Notes under the pieces: model-generated | Database searches by the model: none | Told to the model about the DNA's origin: nothing | Seen by the model: only the letters and a program-made list of their open reading frames with translations | Shown: piece after piece, positions 39,620 through 53,570 of the stretch | Position numbering within the stretch: position 1 is the stretch's first letter | How the letters are laid out: every line of letters starts with the position of its first letter | Origin: Eledone cirrhosa | Lineage: Eukaryota | DNA: 64,000 bases | Reading direction: 5' to 3' | NCBI GenBank assembly: GCA_964016885.1 | Contig: CAXHJY010000133.1 | Coordinates: 62,001 to 126,000, forward strand | Program-made: the position numbers and the translations under genes

Positions 39620-40183
39620 CAAAGCATAAATGAATTGAGAGAGAGACTGGGCATAAGAGGAATCAAATGCTGTGTGCAGGAGAGGCGGTTGCGTTGGTAT
39701 GGACATGTGATGCGTATGAAGGATGACAGCTGCATAAAAAGGTGCAGAGCACTAGAAGTCAATGGAAACCGCGGAGTGGAAAGACCCAAGTAGACCTGGG
39801 ATGAGGTGATAAAAGCCGACCTTACCCAATTACACCTCTCAAAGGTGATGACACACGACCATGACCTCTGGCGTCACGCAGTAATACAGAGTACCCAACC
39901 TCCCATGGGTACAATCTGAAGCATATAGACAATATGCCTCCACACCCTCCCACTGCAAGGTGGTCGTGGAGGCGCCACGGCAAAAAAGCACCCAGCACTC
40001 ACTGTAAATGAGGTTGGTGTTAGGAAGGGCATCCAGCTGTAGAAATCAAGCCAAATCAGTTCCTGTATGAGCAAGGCATGGTCAGCCGACCAGACACTGC
40101 CCACAACAGGACAACCTGTCTAACCCATGCTAGCATGGAAGAACGGACGTAAAACGGTGATGATGATGATGATGATGATGATG
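39620..40183 (+). mobile_element. RTE-clade LINE 3' fragment (second subfamily) with (GAT)n tail
   Basis: ERRLRWYGHVMRM..VERPK*TWDEV, followed by a 3' UTR ending cccatgctagcatggaagaacggacgtaaaac(gat)n. Confidence 0.88.
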
Positions 40184-40294
40184 ATATCTATCAATCTTTG
40201 TATCTATCTATCTCTCTATATATATATACACATTAAGACAGATATTAAATAATCGTACTTATTGCACTTGTTTATCAATGAGACATCACCTCAC

Positions 40295-40447
<153 letters not shown>

Positions 40448-40531
40448 TATGTGGGTGTATATATAAGGCTTATACAGATGGGTGTGTGTATATATATATA
40501 TATACATATAAAATTAATTTTTTATTCACAG

Positions 40532-40566
<35 letters not shown>

Positions 40567-40567
<1 letters not shown>

Positions 40568-40773
40568 CTTCTAAACCCATGCTAGCGTGGAAGATAGACG
40601 TTAAACGATGATGATGATGATGATGATATATATATACACATATACACAGATGTACACACTCACATATATACACATGTACACACACACACATACATACACA
40701 CACACACATATATATATATATATCTTCTAAACCCATGCTAGCGTGGAAGATAGACGTTAAACGATGATGATGA

Positions 40774-40814
<41 letters not shown>

Positions 40815-40854
40815 TACAGATGTACACACTCACATATATACACATGTACACACA

Positions 40855-40897
<43 letters not shown>

Positions 40898-41060
40898 CTT
40901 CTAAACCCATGCTAGCGTGGAAGATAGACGTTAAACGATGATGATGATGATGATATATATATATATACACATATACACATATGTACACACTCACATATAT
41001 ACACATGTACACACACACACACACACACACATACATACACACACACACACACACATATAT
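40567..41060 (+). repeat. Triplicated unit: RTE/SINE tail tip plus microsatellites
   Basis: tcttctaaacccatgctagcgtggaagatagacgttaaacgatg at about 40567, 40722 and 40897. Confidence 0.85.
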
Positions 41061-41926
41061 ATATACACATGTACATGTATGAGCATGACTAACACAACAA
41101 AATGTCTCTATGTCTGAAGGATTGTTTCATGTTTAGTTAAGTGCTCATCATCAACATCACAATCATCAACATAATCAACAGAATCACCATTATCATCGAC
41201 AGCATGATCATCATCATCACCGCCATCATCTACATGACAACCATCTCCACTACCACCACCATCATCATCATCATCACAACCATCATCGACATGACAACCA
41301 TCTACACTACCACTACCAACATCATCATCATCATCACCACCGCCATCATCGACATGACAACCATCTCCACTACCACTATCATCATCATCATCACAACCAT
41401 CATCGACATGACAACCATCTACACTACCACTACCACCATCATCATCATCATCACCACCGCCATGACAACCATCTCCACTACCACCATCATCATCATCAAC
41501 ATGACAACCATCTCCCTACCACCATCATCACCAAAATCACCACCACCACAACCATCACCACAACCAACACCACCACCACAACCAACACCATCACCACTAT
41601 GACATCATCATCATCACCACCACCACCACTACAACCACCATGATCATCACCATCATCAGCAACATGACCACCATTATCACTATCACCATCACCACTACAA
41701 CCACCACCACCACCATCATCATCACCACAAACACTATCACCATCACCATCACCACCATCATCATGACCATCACTATCACAACCGTCATCATCATCACCAC
41801 CACTATCACCATCATATTTGTCATCACCTCAACCACCACCACCATCATCATCATCACCAACACAAACACTATCATCACCATCATATATATGTGAACATTG
41901 TGTGTTGTATACACGCATGTGAATAT

Positions 41927-42853
41927 GGAGGCACATGGCTTAGTGGTTAGAGCATTGGCCTTGCAATCGAAAGGCTGTGAGTTCAATTCTCGGACCAGGT
42001 GATGTGTTGTTTCCTTGAGCAAGACACTTTATTTCACATTGCTCCAGTTTACTCAGCTGTAGAAATGAGATGATAGGGACTGGGGTCCCTATCATTCCAC
42101 TGTAAAGTGGACGTGGAGGCGCCATGGCAAAAAAGCACCCAGCACTCACTGTAAAGTGGACGTGGAGGCGCCATAGCAAAAAAGCACCCAGCACTCACTG
42201 TAAAGTGGATGTGGAGGCGCCATAGCACAAAAGCACCCAGCACTCACTGTAAAGTGGATGTGGAGGCGCCATAGCACAAAAGCACCCAGCACTCACTGTA
42301 AAGTGGATGTGGAGGCGCCATAGCACAAAAGCACCCAACACTCACTGTAAAGTGGACGTGGAGGCGCCATAGCACAAAAGCACCCAGCACTCACTGTAAA
42401 GTGGATGTGGAGGCGCCATAGCACAAAAGTACTCAGCACTCACTGTAGAGTGGACGTGGAGGCGCCATAGCACAAAAGCACCCAGCACTCACTGTAAAGT
42501 GGATGTGGAGGCACCATAGCAGAAAAGCACCCAGTACTCACTGTAAAGTGGATGTGGAGGCGCCATAGCAAAAAAGCACCCAGCACTCACTGTAAAGTGG
42601 ATGTGGAGGCGCCATAGCAAAAAAGCACCCAGCACTCACTGTAAAGTGGACGTGGAGGCGCCATGGCAAAAAGGCATCCAGCACTCACTGTAAATGAGGT
42701 TGGTGTTAGGAAGGGCATCCAGCTGTAGAAATCAAGCCAGAATCAGTTCCCGTATGAGCAAGACAAAGTCAGCCGACCGGACCCTGCCCACAACAGGACA
42801 ACCCAACTAACCCATGCTAGCGTGGAAGAACGGACGTAAAACGTGTGATGATG
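41927..42853 (+). mobile_element. SINE family B expanded by an internal 49-bp tandem array
   Basis: A-box tggcttagtgg, B-box gagttcaattc, CORE-like ccttgagcaagacactttatttcac, and an RTE-like tail. Confidence 0.88.
42098..42691. repeat. 49-bp minisatellite, ~12 copies
   Basis: cactcactgtaaagtggatgtggaggcgccatagcacaaaagcacccag. Confidence 0.95.
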
Positions 42854-44871
42854 AGTGTATATGTATGTGTCTTATATGTGTGTGTGGCTGTGCTGTATAG
42901 ACGAGTGTGTGAGTGTGTATGGGTGTTCTACATATGTATGTCAATGTAGTGTGTATGTGTGTGTACACAGGTCAGTATGTGTGACTGTGAGAATATGTTT
43001 AGGCAGGTGTCAATGTAAGCACACACACACACATAGGCAATCAGATATAAACACACACACACAGACAGATATACACACACATAGACATGCACACATAAAG
43101 ACACACAGACACAGACAGATACACTCACAGAGACACAGACACACACATAGACAATCACATATAAACACACACACACACACACAGAGACACACACATAAAC
43201 AGACAGATTCACACAGACACACACATACACAAGACACACACATTTAAATATGAATACAACCCCCCCCCCCGCCTTTCCCCTCCCCACACCACCAATCAGT
43301 GTTAATTTCCTAACTGAATCACACACAAATATTGACTCAGACACTCACACACAAGCACACTCTCACACACACACAAACAATGACAAATACACACAAGCAC
43401 ACACTCTCATGCACAGACTAACACAAAGACATACACACCTACACACAGAGACAATGACACATACACACACACACACACACACACACGAATAAGATGAAAT
43501 TTGAACTGATTAGCTTGCAAGTTTAAAGTATAAGAATTGGGAGGGGTCTATGTGTGTGTATGTGTATGTGCATGTGTGTGTGTGCGTACCTACGTGTATG
43601 TGTGCATGCATGCATATGTATGCGTGTCTATAGGTGTGTGTATGTGTGCGTATGTATGTATGTAGGTGTATGTGTGAGTATGTAGGTGTGTGCACGTGTG
43701 TGTGCATATGTTGGTGTATGTGTGGACATGTAGGTGTATGCGTGTGTGTATGTGTGCATATGTAGGTGCATGTGTGTATGTATGCGTATGCGAGGTGGTG
43801 GTGGTGGAGTAGACCCCTCACCCTCTACTTCACAACATAATTCAACAAGAGACCACATGCCTCTACTTCTCCCTGACACCACCACCACCACCACCATCAT
43901 CATCGTTGTGAACAAAGGTGAACAGGTCAACAATAGGTAAGGCAGGGAGGGTGTGTGTCCCCTCCCTCCTTCCACCCTACTCCCATATTCAAGAAGGGTC
44001 CACACTCCAACCCCTCTCTAGACATCAACATCATCATCATCATCATTGTTATCATGAACAAAGGTGAAGAATTCAACAATGAAGGCCCACAGACCTGCTC
44101 CCTTTACCGCAAAAGCAACAGTTGAACTCACAGAAAGTCCCTACTCTACTTTCTGCTACCCATCGCCCCCTCAAAAAAGGGGGAAGAACAGGAGCCAATT
44201 AAAAGATCATGGAACTAAGGAAACCCCCTCACATCCAACTGCCAAACAATGGGAGGCTGTGAGATCGACAGCTAACCCTCTCACTTCCAGTGGCCCGACC
44301 CTAGGAAGGGGCCTACAGTCAGCTAAATACCGTACTTCCAACAACATTTCAACAAGGGTCACCTCAGGCATAGACCCTCTCATCACCATTCTAACAATGG
44401 GAAGGGGTCACACAGCTAACTAACTAAATACACCACTTCTAACAGTCCAATGTGCCCTCAGACAGAGACCCCTGCCTCATTATCAACAGTCTAACAATGG
44501 GAGGGGGTTCCTACAGAAAGCTAAATGCTCTACTTTCAACAACAGTCCAACAACGGGACCCTTAGACAGACAACGCTGCCTCATTGTCAGTCTAACAATG
44601 GGAGGGTCCTACACAGCGAGACAACTAACCCTCAAAGTCCATGTCTAGAAGGGCCCTAAAACAGACAGCTAACCTCATGCTTGCACTTCTTGCAGTCCAA
44701 TAACAGGAGGACCCACAAACAGCTAAAGGTCCCTCACCTCGAATAAGAGGCACCCACATTTATCTCACCTCACCACATCAATCAACAAAGAGCGACAGAC
44801 AGTTCCTATTCTCCTCACCCCCAATAAAGGCCCATAGACAGCTAAACACCACCTTTATTAGTCCAATAAGG

Positions 44872-44987
44872 GCCCTGCGGCTAAGTGGTCAGAGAATTGA
44901 ATTCACAGTTGTGAGGTTACAAGTTCAATTCCCAGAGTGGACAATGCATTATGTCCTTGAGCAAGACACTTTATTTAATGTTGCTCT
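44872..44987 (+). mobile_element. Degenerate SINE family B head
   Basis: ggctaagtggtcagag..aagttcaattcc..gtccttgagcaagacactttattt. Confidence 0.7.
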
Positions 44988-45179
44988 TAATGCCAGGAGT
45001 TGCTACCAGTTGATAGTATCAGCAACTGGAAAGATCAATGGAAACATCCATTCCTTGGTCCAATTTGATGAGTTCCACTCCACTTGGTCAGTGAATGCGG
45101 TCTGGGATCTTGTTGATCATTTTCTGAACCAATCGGAGGGGACCACAACCAATTAGCCCCTTCCCTTTCAATAGCCCGA

Positions 45180-46400
45180 TAATGGAAAGCCCTCAGACTG
45201 ACAGCTAAACCTTTTATCTCCCACAGCCCATCAATGAGAAGAGGTCCGTTAGACTGACAGCTAAGCTCCTCATCTCTAGCAGCCCAACAATGAGAAGAGG
45301 TCCCTCAGACTGACAGCTAAGCCTTTTATCTCCCACACAGCCCAGCAATGAGAAGAGGTCCCTTAGCCAGACAGCTAAGCCCCTCATCTCTAGCAGCCCA
45401 TCAATGAGAAGAGGTCCCCCAGACTGACAGCTAAGCCTTTTATCTCCCACACAGCCCAGCAATGAGAAGAGGTCCCTTAGCCAGACAGCTAAGCCCCTCA
45501 TCTCTAGCAGCCCATCAATGAGAAGAGGTTCCTCAGACTGACAGCTAAGCCTTTTATCTCCCACACAGCCCAGCAATGAGAAGAGGTCCGTTAGACTGAC
45601 AGCTAAGCCCCTCATCTCTAACAGCCCAACAATGAGAAGAGGTCCCTCAGACTGACAGCTAAGCCTTTTATCTCCCACACAGCCCAGCAATGAGAAGAGG
45701 TCCCTTAGCCAGACAGCTAAGCCCCTCATCTCTAGCAGCCCATCAATGAGAAGAGGTCCCTCAGACTGACAGCTAAGCCTTTTATCTCCCACACAGCCTA
45801 GCAATGAGAAGAGGTCCCTTAGACAGACAGCTAAGCCTCTCATCTCTAGCAGCCCAACAATGAGAAGAGGTCCCTCAGACTGACAGCTAAGGCCCTCATC
45901 TCCCACAGCCCAACAATGAGAGGAGGTCCCTCAGACTGACAGCTAAAGCCCTCATCTCCCACAGCCCAACAATGAGAGGAGGTCCCTCAGACTGACAGCT
46001 AAAGCCCTCATCTCCCACAGCCCAACAATGAGAAGGGGTCCCTCAGACTGACAGCTAAAGCCCTCATCTCTAACAGTCCAACAATAAGAAGGGGTCCCTC
46101 AGACTGACAGCTAAGGCCCTCATCTCTAGCAGCCCAACAATCAGAAGAGGCCCCTTAGACTGACAGCTAAGTCCATCATCTCCCTCAGCCTAACAATAAG
46201 AAGAGGTCCCTCAGACTGACAGCTAAGCCTTTCATCTCTAACAGTCCAGGAAGGGGTCCCTTAGACTAACAGCTAAGACCCTCATCTCCCACAGCCCAAC
46301 AATGAGAAGAGGTCCCTTCAATCAACAGCAAACAATGAGAAAGGGGTCCCTGATAATGACAACTAAGCCCCTCACTTCCAACAGTGGGGTCCCTTAGAGA
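45180..46400. repeat. 56/58-bp minisatellite with a 114-bp higher-order dimer; older diverged units at 44240-44870
   Basis: Core gagaagaggtccctcagactgacagctaagcc; the 38-aa periodicity in ORF 45214-45906 corresponds to 114 bp. Confidence 0.92.
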
Positions 46401-46472
46401 CCCTTCAATCCTCACACCCTCTACAGTATACCCTAAACCAAAAGGTCAACAGAATCAAAGGTCACCACTTAC

Positions 46473-46532
46473 CGAATATGTTTGATTTTTACTGGCCGTT
46501 TCTTCAAATGTTTCAACCTTTTCCATAAATTC
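46473..46532 (-). CDS. Candidate 60-nt exon (EFMEKVETFEETASKNQTYS or NLWKRLKHLKKRPVKIKHI)
   Basis: catcag|GAATTT...TATTCG|gtaagt. Consensus donor, length a multiple of 3, two open frames, unique sequence amid repeats. Confidence 0.45.
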
Positions 46533-48444
46533 CTGATGTAGTAGGAAGTCATTTTATAGTTTAGGATACAGTACTAAGTGGTGCTGTGGTGTGGGTTACA
46601 GTATTAGTGGTGTTGAGGTGTGGTAAGGATTACAGTATTCCTGGTGGTGTTATGAGGGTTACAGTATTGGTGTTGTGATGTAGTAGGGAGTCATTTTATA
46701 GTTTAGGGTACAGTACTAAGTGGTGATGGTGCTGCTGTAGTGTGGGTTACAGTACTAGTGGTGGTGATGTGGTCAGGTGTGATGAAGGGTAGTGTTGTGA
46801 TGTAGTGAAGGTTATAGTATTAGTGGCGGTGCTGTGATGTAGTGAGAGTTACAGTATTGGTGGTGGTGTGGTGCTGTAGTGTACTGACAGTTACAGTACA
46901 GTTGTGGTGGTAGAGGTGTGGTGTGGAGACAGTTACAGTAGTGGTGGTGGTGATGCTGTGGTGTGGGTTATAGTACTGGTGGTGGTGGTTGTTGTGGCTG
47001 TGTTGTGTGGGATACAGTTGTGGTGGTGATGTGGTGTGTGTTATGGTGGTGGTTTGTTTGTCAACAGAAGTAGTAGTGTGGGTTGTAGTATTGATGGTAG
47101 TGGTGGGGATGGCTGTGGTAGTGGTGAGGTTGTAGGGATGGTGGTAGTGGTAGTGTTGGTGACAGAACTGTTGATAGCAATGGTGGTGGTGGTGGTGATG
47201 GTTGAAGTTGTGGCAGCAGAGGGGATGGTGGTGGTGGTGTTGGTGATAGTAGTGATGGTAGTTGTGGTGGTAGGGGTTGTAGTTGTAGTAGTGGTGGTGG
47301 GGGTGGTGGTTGTAGTAGCAGTGGTGGCAATGAGTGTAGTAATGGTGTCAGTGGTAGTGGTGGTGTTGGTTGTAGTAGTTGCGATGCTGGTGGCTGTAGA
47401 TGTAGTAGCAGAGGTGGTGGTGGTGGTGATGATGGTGTCAGTGGTGTTGGTTGTAGTAGTGGTGGTGGTGGTGATGATGGTTGTAGTGGTGTTGGTGTTG
47501 GTTGTAGTAGTGGTAGTGGTGGCTGTAGTAGTTGTAGTAGTAATAGTTGTAGTAGTGGTGGTAGTGGTGATGGTTATAGTAGTGGTGGCGATGGTGGTGG
47601 TGGTGGTGATGGTTGTAGTGGTGATGGTGGTGGTAGTGGTGATGGTTGTAGTGGTGATGGTGGTGGTAGTGGTGGCTGTAGTAGTAGTAGTTGTAGTAAT
47701 AGTAGTAGTGGTAGTAGTAGCTGTGGTGTAATGTTCCTGGCAAACAATGTTGTTACAGCATCAGAGATAGACTTGGACTGATGGAGAGACAGACAGTGGT
47801 GTGGCTGGGGGAGAGGAGGGGGCGAGGAAGTAATAAGGAGACTGTGTATATGTGTGTGTTTCTATGTGTGTGTATGAGTGTGTGTGTATGTGTATTATAT
47901 GTGTGTATGCAGAGATGAGAGACTGTCAGTCAAAGAGAGGGAGAAGGGGAGAGAGGGGTAGTTATCAGGGGGGTATATAGGGGGAGAGAGGGGGTATAGA
48001 GGGAGAGAGAGGGAGTATAGAGGGAGAGAGAAACTATCAGACAGAGTGAGTGAGGTGGGAGAGAGAGAGGGGGAGGGATAGGATAGATTATAAGACAAAC
48101 AGAGAGAGGGGTATAGAGGGAGAGAGGGGGGTATAGAGGGAGAGAGAGGGGGAAAGATTATAAGTCAGAGAGAGGGGAGTGAGAGAGGGGGATAGATGAT
48201 TAGACAAATAGAGAGGGAGGTAGAGAGATTCAGTTAAACAGGGGGGTGGACTATCAGAGTGCGGAGGGTGGGAGAGGGGAATAGATTATAAGACAGAGAG
48301 AGAGAGAGGGAGAGAGAGAGACTCAGCCAGACAGAGAGAGAGGGAGGAAGACAGAGGGGAAATATACTCAGTGAGGGAGGAGGAGGAGAGAGGGAGGGAG
48401 AAGCTGTCAGTCAGGTACTTTGAGAGAGAGTGAGAGAGAGGTGG

Positions 48445-48745
48445 TAGGAAATAGTGAGTGAGATAAATATTAGATAGAGAGATAGGTAATTAGAGAGGGG
48501 CATTCATTTGTAATGAGGAGAGTTGAAGAGAGAGAGAGGGGGGAGGAAATAGTGAGTGAGATAAATATTAGATAGAGAGATAGGTAATTAGAGAGGGGCA
48601 TTAATTTGTAATGAGGAGAGTTGAAGAGAGAGAGAGGGGGGAGGAAATAGTGAGTGAGATAAATATTAGATAGAGAGATAGGTAATTAGAGAGGGGCATT
48701 AATTTGTAATGAAGAGAGTTGGGGGAAGAGAGAGAGGTGGTAGGA
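48445..48745. repeat. ~97-bp purine-rich tandem repeat, 3 copies
   Basis: ggaaatagtgagtgagataaatattagatagagagataggtaattagagaggggcatt repeated. Confidence 0.85.
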
Positions 48746-48760
48746 AGTACAGATAGATAT

Positions 48761-49656
48761 GTTTCTTTTATTTGCCACAAGGGCATCAAAAGTGGAACAA
48801 GTACAATGGGGGGAGTTTACAAAACAAGGCGTCCTCAATAGGGAGGAGGCAATAACAATATATAAAAATAAAATAAAATATGACAAAAAATAGAATTATA
48901 ACAAAATCCTCAATAGAGGATTTTGTTATAAAATATAACAAAAAATAAAATTTATAACAAAATCCTCAATAGAGAGGAGGCGCCTTGGGGGGGTCGCACA
49001 CACCCCCGAAAAAAGTGTGCAACCCTTTTCCTCAGGAGCACAGAGAGGGGGTGCTCCCTCGTTCCTTCCTCTTTTCCACCTACAGGCTCATGTAAAGAGA
49101 AGGCCCATTCACACGGGCCATTCTCGCCACTTTCACCCACCTTTCATAAAAACGACTGGGGTGCAGCACCTCTCTCTCCATCCTGATCCTTCTTCCGAAA
49201 TGATATCGGAAGAAACGGACCAGTTGTTGGCCAGAGAGAAAGGTGCCTGACCTCAGTCCTTTCAGACACGTCCACCATACAACCTCTTTCGCCATGGCTA
49301 TTACGCACAGAAACACCGCTTCTGCTTCATCTTTGAAGGGGGGAGGCGGCTTGATCATTACAATAGACTTGGTGGTCAACCGGATCGGTCCCACCCTTGA
49401 CAGCAGTTGTTCGACATAGCCCCACAGATCGGCTACGCCCGAGCAGTGTACCAATGCGTGTGCAACGGTTTCCTCGTCGCACACGCATCTGGGACAGATC
49501 TTTTTGGCGGGGTCCCTACCCGGGCGCCCGTGTCTGTAGAGCCTTTCTCGAACGGGTAAAGCTCCTCGGTAGCACTGCCAGGCCAGGGACTTCTGGAAGT
49601 TGTCCATAGGTCCCGGGCTGAATGTCCTACCGAACAGGCCGGCCAGTTCGTCCTCC
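48761..49656 (-). mobile_element. Tx1/L1-clade LINE, 5'-truncated copy related to 1-1457
   Basis: ORF 49080-49607 (MDNFQKSLAWQCYRGALP..CPRC..H...C) aligns to ORF 31-1221. Same 3' end gtggcaaataaaagaaac. Possible short TSD agatagata. Confidence 0.92.
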
Positions 49657-50109
49657 TGAGATAGATAGATAGATAATTAGAAAGTGCTAAGTTTGTAATG
49701 AGTAGAGAGAGAGAGAGGGAGAGAGAGAGAGAGAGAGAGAGATTAAAAACAATAGAGAGGGATTTAATGTTATCACACACATACAGAGAGAGAGACATAC
49801 ACACACACACTGAGACATACAGATATACATATACACACAGACATATACAAACATATATATGCATACATACATAGACATACACGCACAAATAGACACATCT
49901 TTTGTTTACTGAACATATCAACACCAACACCACCACCACCACCACCACCACTATCTCCACCACAACCACTATCTCTACCACCACCATCGCTGCCATCTCT
50001 ACCACCACCACCATCTCTGCCACCACCATCAACCCCACCACCACCACTGCCATCAAAGAAGAACTGGACCCAGATGGTAAGAGCTGAACTCAAAACTATG
50101 AACCTCGCA

Positions 50110-51120
50110 CAGGAGATAACAAAGGAACACAACCAATAGACAAAAGTTATATTGGAGAGGGGGAAGATCTGTCAAACCCATGCAAACATGGAAAGGTATA
50201 GAAGAGTATTACCATGGAAGACATGGGTAAAAGTGGTGACAGCTAATCTCATAAGGGCCTTAGAATGGTGGACCTCACAGACGAGATAACAAAGGAACAC
50301 AACCAGTAGACAAAAGTTATATTGGAGAGGGGGAAGATCTGTCAAACCCATGCAAACATGGAAAGGTATAGAAGAGTAATACCATGGAAGAGCTGGGTAA
50401 AAGTGGTGACAGCTAATCTCATAAGGGCCTTAGAATGGTGGACCTCACAGACGAGATGACAAAGGAACACAACCAGTAGACAAAAGTTATATTGGAGAGG
50501 GGGAAGATCTGTCAAATCCATGCAAACATGGAAAGGTATAGAAGAGTAATACCATGGAAGAGCTGGGTAAAAGTGGTGACAGCTAATCTCATAATGGCCT
50601 TAGAATGGTGGACCTCATAGACGAGATGACAAAGGAACACAACCAGTAGACAAAAGTTATATTGGAGAGGGGGAAGATCTGTCAAACCCATGCAAACATG
50701 GAAAGGTATAGAAGAGTAATCCATGAAAGACCTGGGTAAAAGTGGTGACAGCTGATCTCATAATTGTTTCTACTATTGGCACAAGGCCAGCAATTACCCA
50801 GTACATTACTGGTACTTTATTTTATCGACCCCGTAAGGATGAAAGGCAAAGTTAACCTCGGCGGGATTTGAACTCAGAATTGCAAGGGCCGTAACTCTAT
50901 GCGTCAAAGCATGGTGTCCGACCCTCTACCGGACACCATCTCATAATGGTATAGAAAGGTATAGAAGAGTAATACCATGGAAGACCTAAAAGTGGTGACA
51001 GCTAATCTCATAATGGCCTTAGAATGGTGGACCTCACAGACGAGATGACAACAGACAGAAGCTATATTGAAGGGGGAAGACCTGGCCAATCCATGCAAAG
51101 CATGGAAAGGTGCAGAAGAG
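50110..51120 (+). repeat. 170-bp tandem repeat (~4-5 copies) derived from a decayed RTE 3' end
   Basis: 170-bp spacing (50283, 50453, 50623). The unit contains aacccatgcaaacatggaaa and encodes PWKSWVKVVTANL, similar to RPRKTWDEVIKADL. Confidence 0.85.
50764..50937 (-). mobile_element. SINE family A, 5'-truncated, with 10-bp TSD
   Basis: TSD atctcataat at 50755-50764 and 50938-50947. Confidence 0.88.
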
Positions 51121-51850
51121 AAAGACCAAGATAAACCAGATGGTCGGCCTGGACAGAAATGGTGAGAGTTGATGGCCTTACAGACGAGAAGATAACAACA
51201 CAACAGGTGGAAGGAGGCCATGTTGGAGAAAAGGATCAGTCCAACCCATGCAAAAGCAGCCATAAAGTGATGATGATGATGATGATGATGACGCTGACGG
51301 CGATGATGATGAAGAGGAGGATTTTTTTATATGTTCAGCAGCATGTGCCAAGTGGTTAGGGTGTTTGGACATACGAGTAGGTTTGATTTCAATACGTGGA
51401 CCAGGTTGTGTGTTGTGTTCATATGAGTAAAACACTTCATTTCACATTACTCCAGTATAGTCAGTTGACAATGAGTACCAGCAATAACTGGGGGTTTAAC
51501 CTCGCAAAGGACTGCCATCCTTTACAGGTAATGGTGGCAGGTAGAAGACTTGTACTCTTAGTTGCTTCCTGCCAAGGAAACTGGGAAAAGCATCGGCCTG
51601 GTGAGCATCTGGGCTTGTGACAGGCTTAACCCTTCGATGGATTGGTATCCTGTCCAATGGAGGTGGAAGTCTTGTACACTTTGTCCCTTGACAGATAAAA
51701 CAGGGATAAGCAACAGGCTTGATGAGCTTCTGATCATGGGTTCAATTCCTAGACAATGTTGTGTGTTGTGTTCTTGAGCAAAACCCTTCATTTCACAATC
51801 CTCCAGTATACTGAATTGAAAATAATTATCAGCAATAACTGGGAGTGGGG

Positions 51851-52077
51851 TTAACCCTTAAGCATTTATATTACTCTATATTTACTATTATATTTCCATG
51901 GAAAGGCTTTACCTCACATAATTAACTCGCATAATGTTGAATCTAAAGATTTTGATACTATTCATTTTGAGAACAATACCTCAACATCAGTATGAGCTGC
52001 CGGTTAAAGCAGGTTTGAACAGAACGAGGTGAGAAAATACTGGTCGGATATGGCCGGTTTAAATGCTAAAGGGTTAA
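51851..52077 (+). mobile_element. piggyBac-type MITE, complete
   Basis: TTAA-cccttaagcattta ... taaatgctaaaggg-TTAA. Confidence 0.9.
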
Positions 52078-52294
52078 TCCTTGGATAGACTGGCATCCTT
52101 CCCAGGTGGTGGTGATGAGCGGGGAGGAAAGTTTTGTACTCTTAGTCAACTAACACCAAGGAAACTAGGATAAATTTTAGACTTTAGATTTTAGACTTCT
52201 AAAGAACTTCTTGTAAACAATAAAGTGAGAGTAGGCTGGAGGGAGATAGCTACTTAAATCAAAATAAAAGAAGATATATATCATCATCATCATC

Positions 52295-52369
<75 letters not shown>

Positions 52370-52546
52370 GTATGTATATATATAGCAATAGTGGTTTCAA
52401 TGAAGCAGTGTTGATTGGGTCTGTTGGTCAGTGACAAATGGTCATCTAGTGGTCAGTAGTTGGTCTCTGGACACTTTAGTTTGACCACTCTGTGTTTGGT
52501 GGAAGGTGAGGGGCATATGTGTCAGTGGGTATGTAGGTGTATAAAC

Positions 52547-52583
<37 letters not shown>

Positions 52584-52680
52584 GCTTGTGTCCATGTGTA
52601 TGTATCTGTGTGTATATGTATCTGTGAGTGTGTATATGTCTATATATATGTATGTGTCATTGTGTATATATGTGTGTTTG

Positions 52681-52760
<80 letters not shown>

Positions 52761-52849
52761 CACATGTGTGTCTTGGTCTGTTTAGGCTAAGATTAATGGC
52801 TCTAGTAATGGTTGGTACCTCTGTTGCTGTGGACATTAACAGGAGTAGG

Positions 52850-53570
52850 GGAGGAGATGGTGGTGGTTGTAGTAGTAGAGGAGATGGTGGTGGTTGTAGT
52901 AGAGGAGATGGTGGTGGTTGTAGTAGTAGAGGAGATGGTGGTGGTGGTTGTAATAGTAGAGGAGATTGTGGTGGTTGTAGTAGAGGAGATGGTGGTGGTT
53001 GTAGTAGTAGAGGAGATGGTGGTGGTTGTAGTAGAGGAGATGGTGGTGGTGGTAGTAGTAGAGGAGATGGTGGTGGTGGATAAGAGGAGTTGGTGGTGGT
53101 TGTAGTAGTAGAGGAGATGGTGGTGGTTGTAGTAGTAGAGGAGATGGTGGTGGCAGTTGTAGTAGAGGAGATGGTGGTGGTTGTAGAGGAGATGGTGGGG
53201 GTGGTAGTAGTAGAGGAGATGTTGCTGGTTGTAGTAGTAGTAGAGATGGTGGTGGTGGTAGTAGAGGAGATGGTGGTGGTTGTAGTAGTAGTAGAGATGG
53301 TGGCGGTAGTAGTAGAGGAGATGGTGGTGGTTGTAGTAGTAGTAGAGATGGTGGTGGCGGTTGTAGTAGAGGAGATGGTGGTGGTGGTAGTAGAGGAGAT
53401 GGTGGTGGTGGTTGTAGTGGAGGAGGTGGTAGTGGCAGTTGTAGTGGTGGTAGTAGTAGAGTAGATGGTGGTGGTGGTGGTGGTGATGGTTGTAGTAGTA
53501 CAGGAGATGGTGGTGTTGGTGGTGGTAGTAGTGGCAGAGGAATTGTTGATGGCAGTGGTGGTGGTGGTGA
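52850..53570. repeat. gtagtagaggagatggtggtggtt-type minisatellite
   Basis: Direct reading of the sequence. Confidence 0.9.

Noticed and set aside
41927-42000. tRNA genes at A/B-box motifs (also 13020, 14628, 31114)
   Set aside because: No complete cloverleaf; the boxes continue into SINE bodies, several with TSDs.
44064-44423. 119-aa non-repetitive-looking ORF
   Set aside because: It overlaps diverged monomers of the 56-bp minisatellite, and no motif or splice support was seen.
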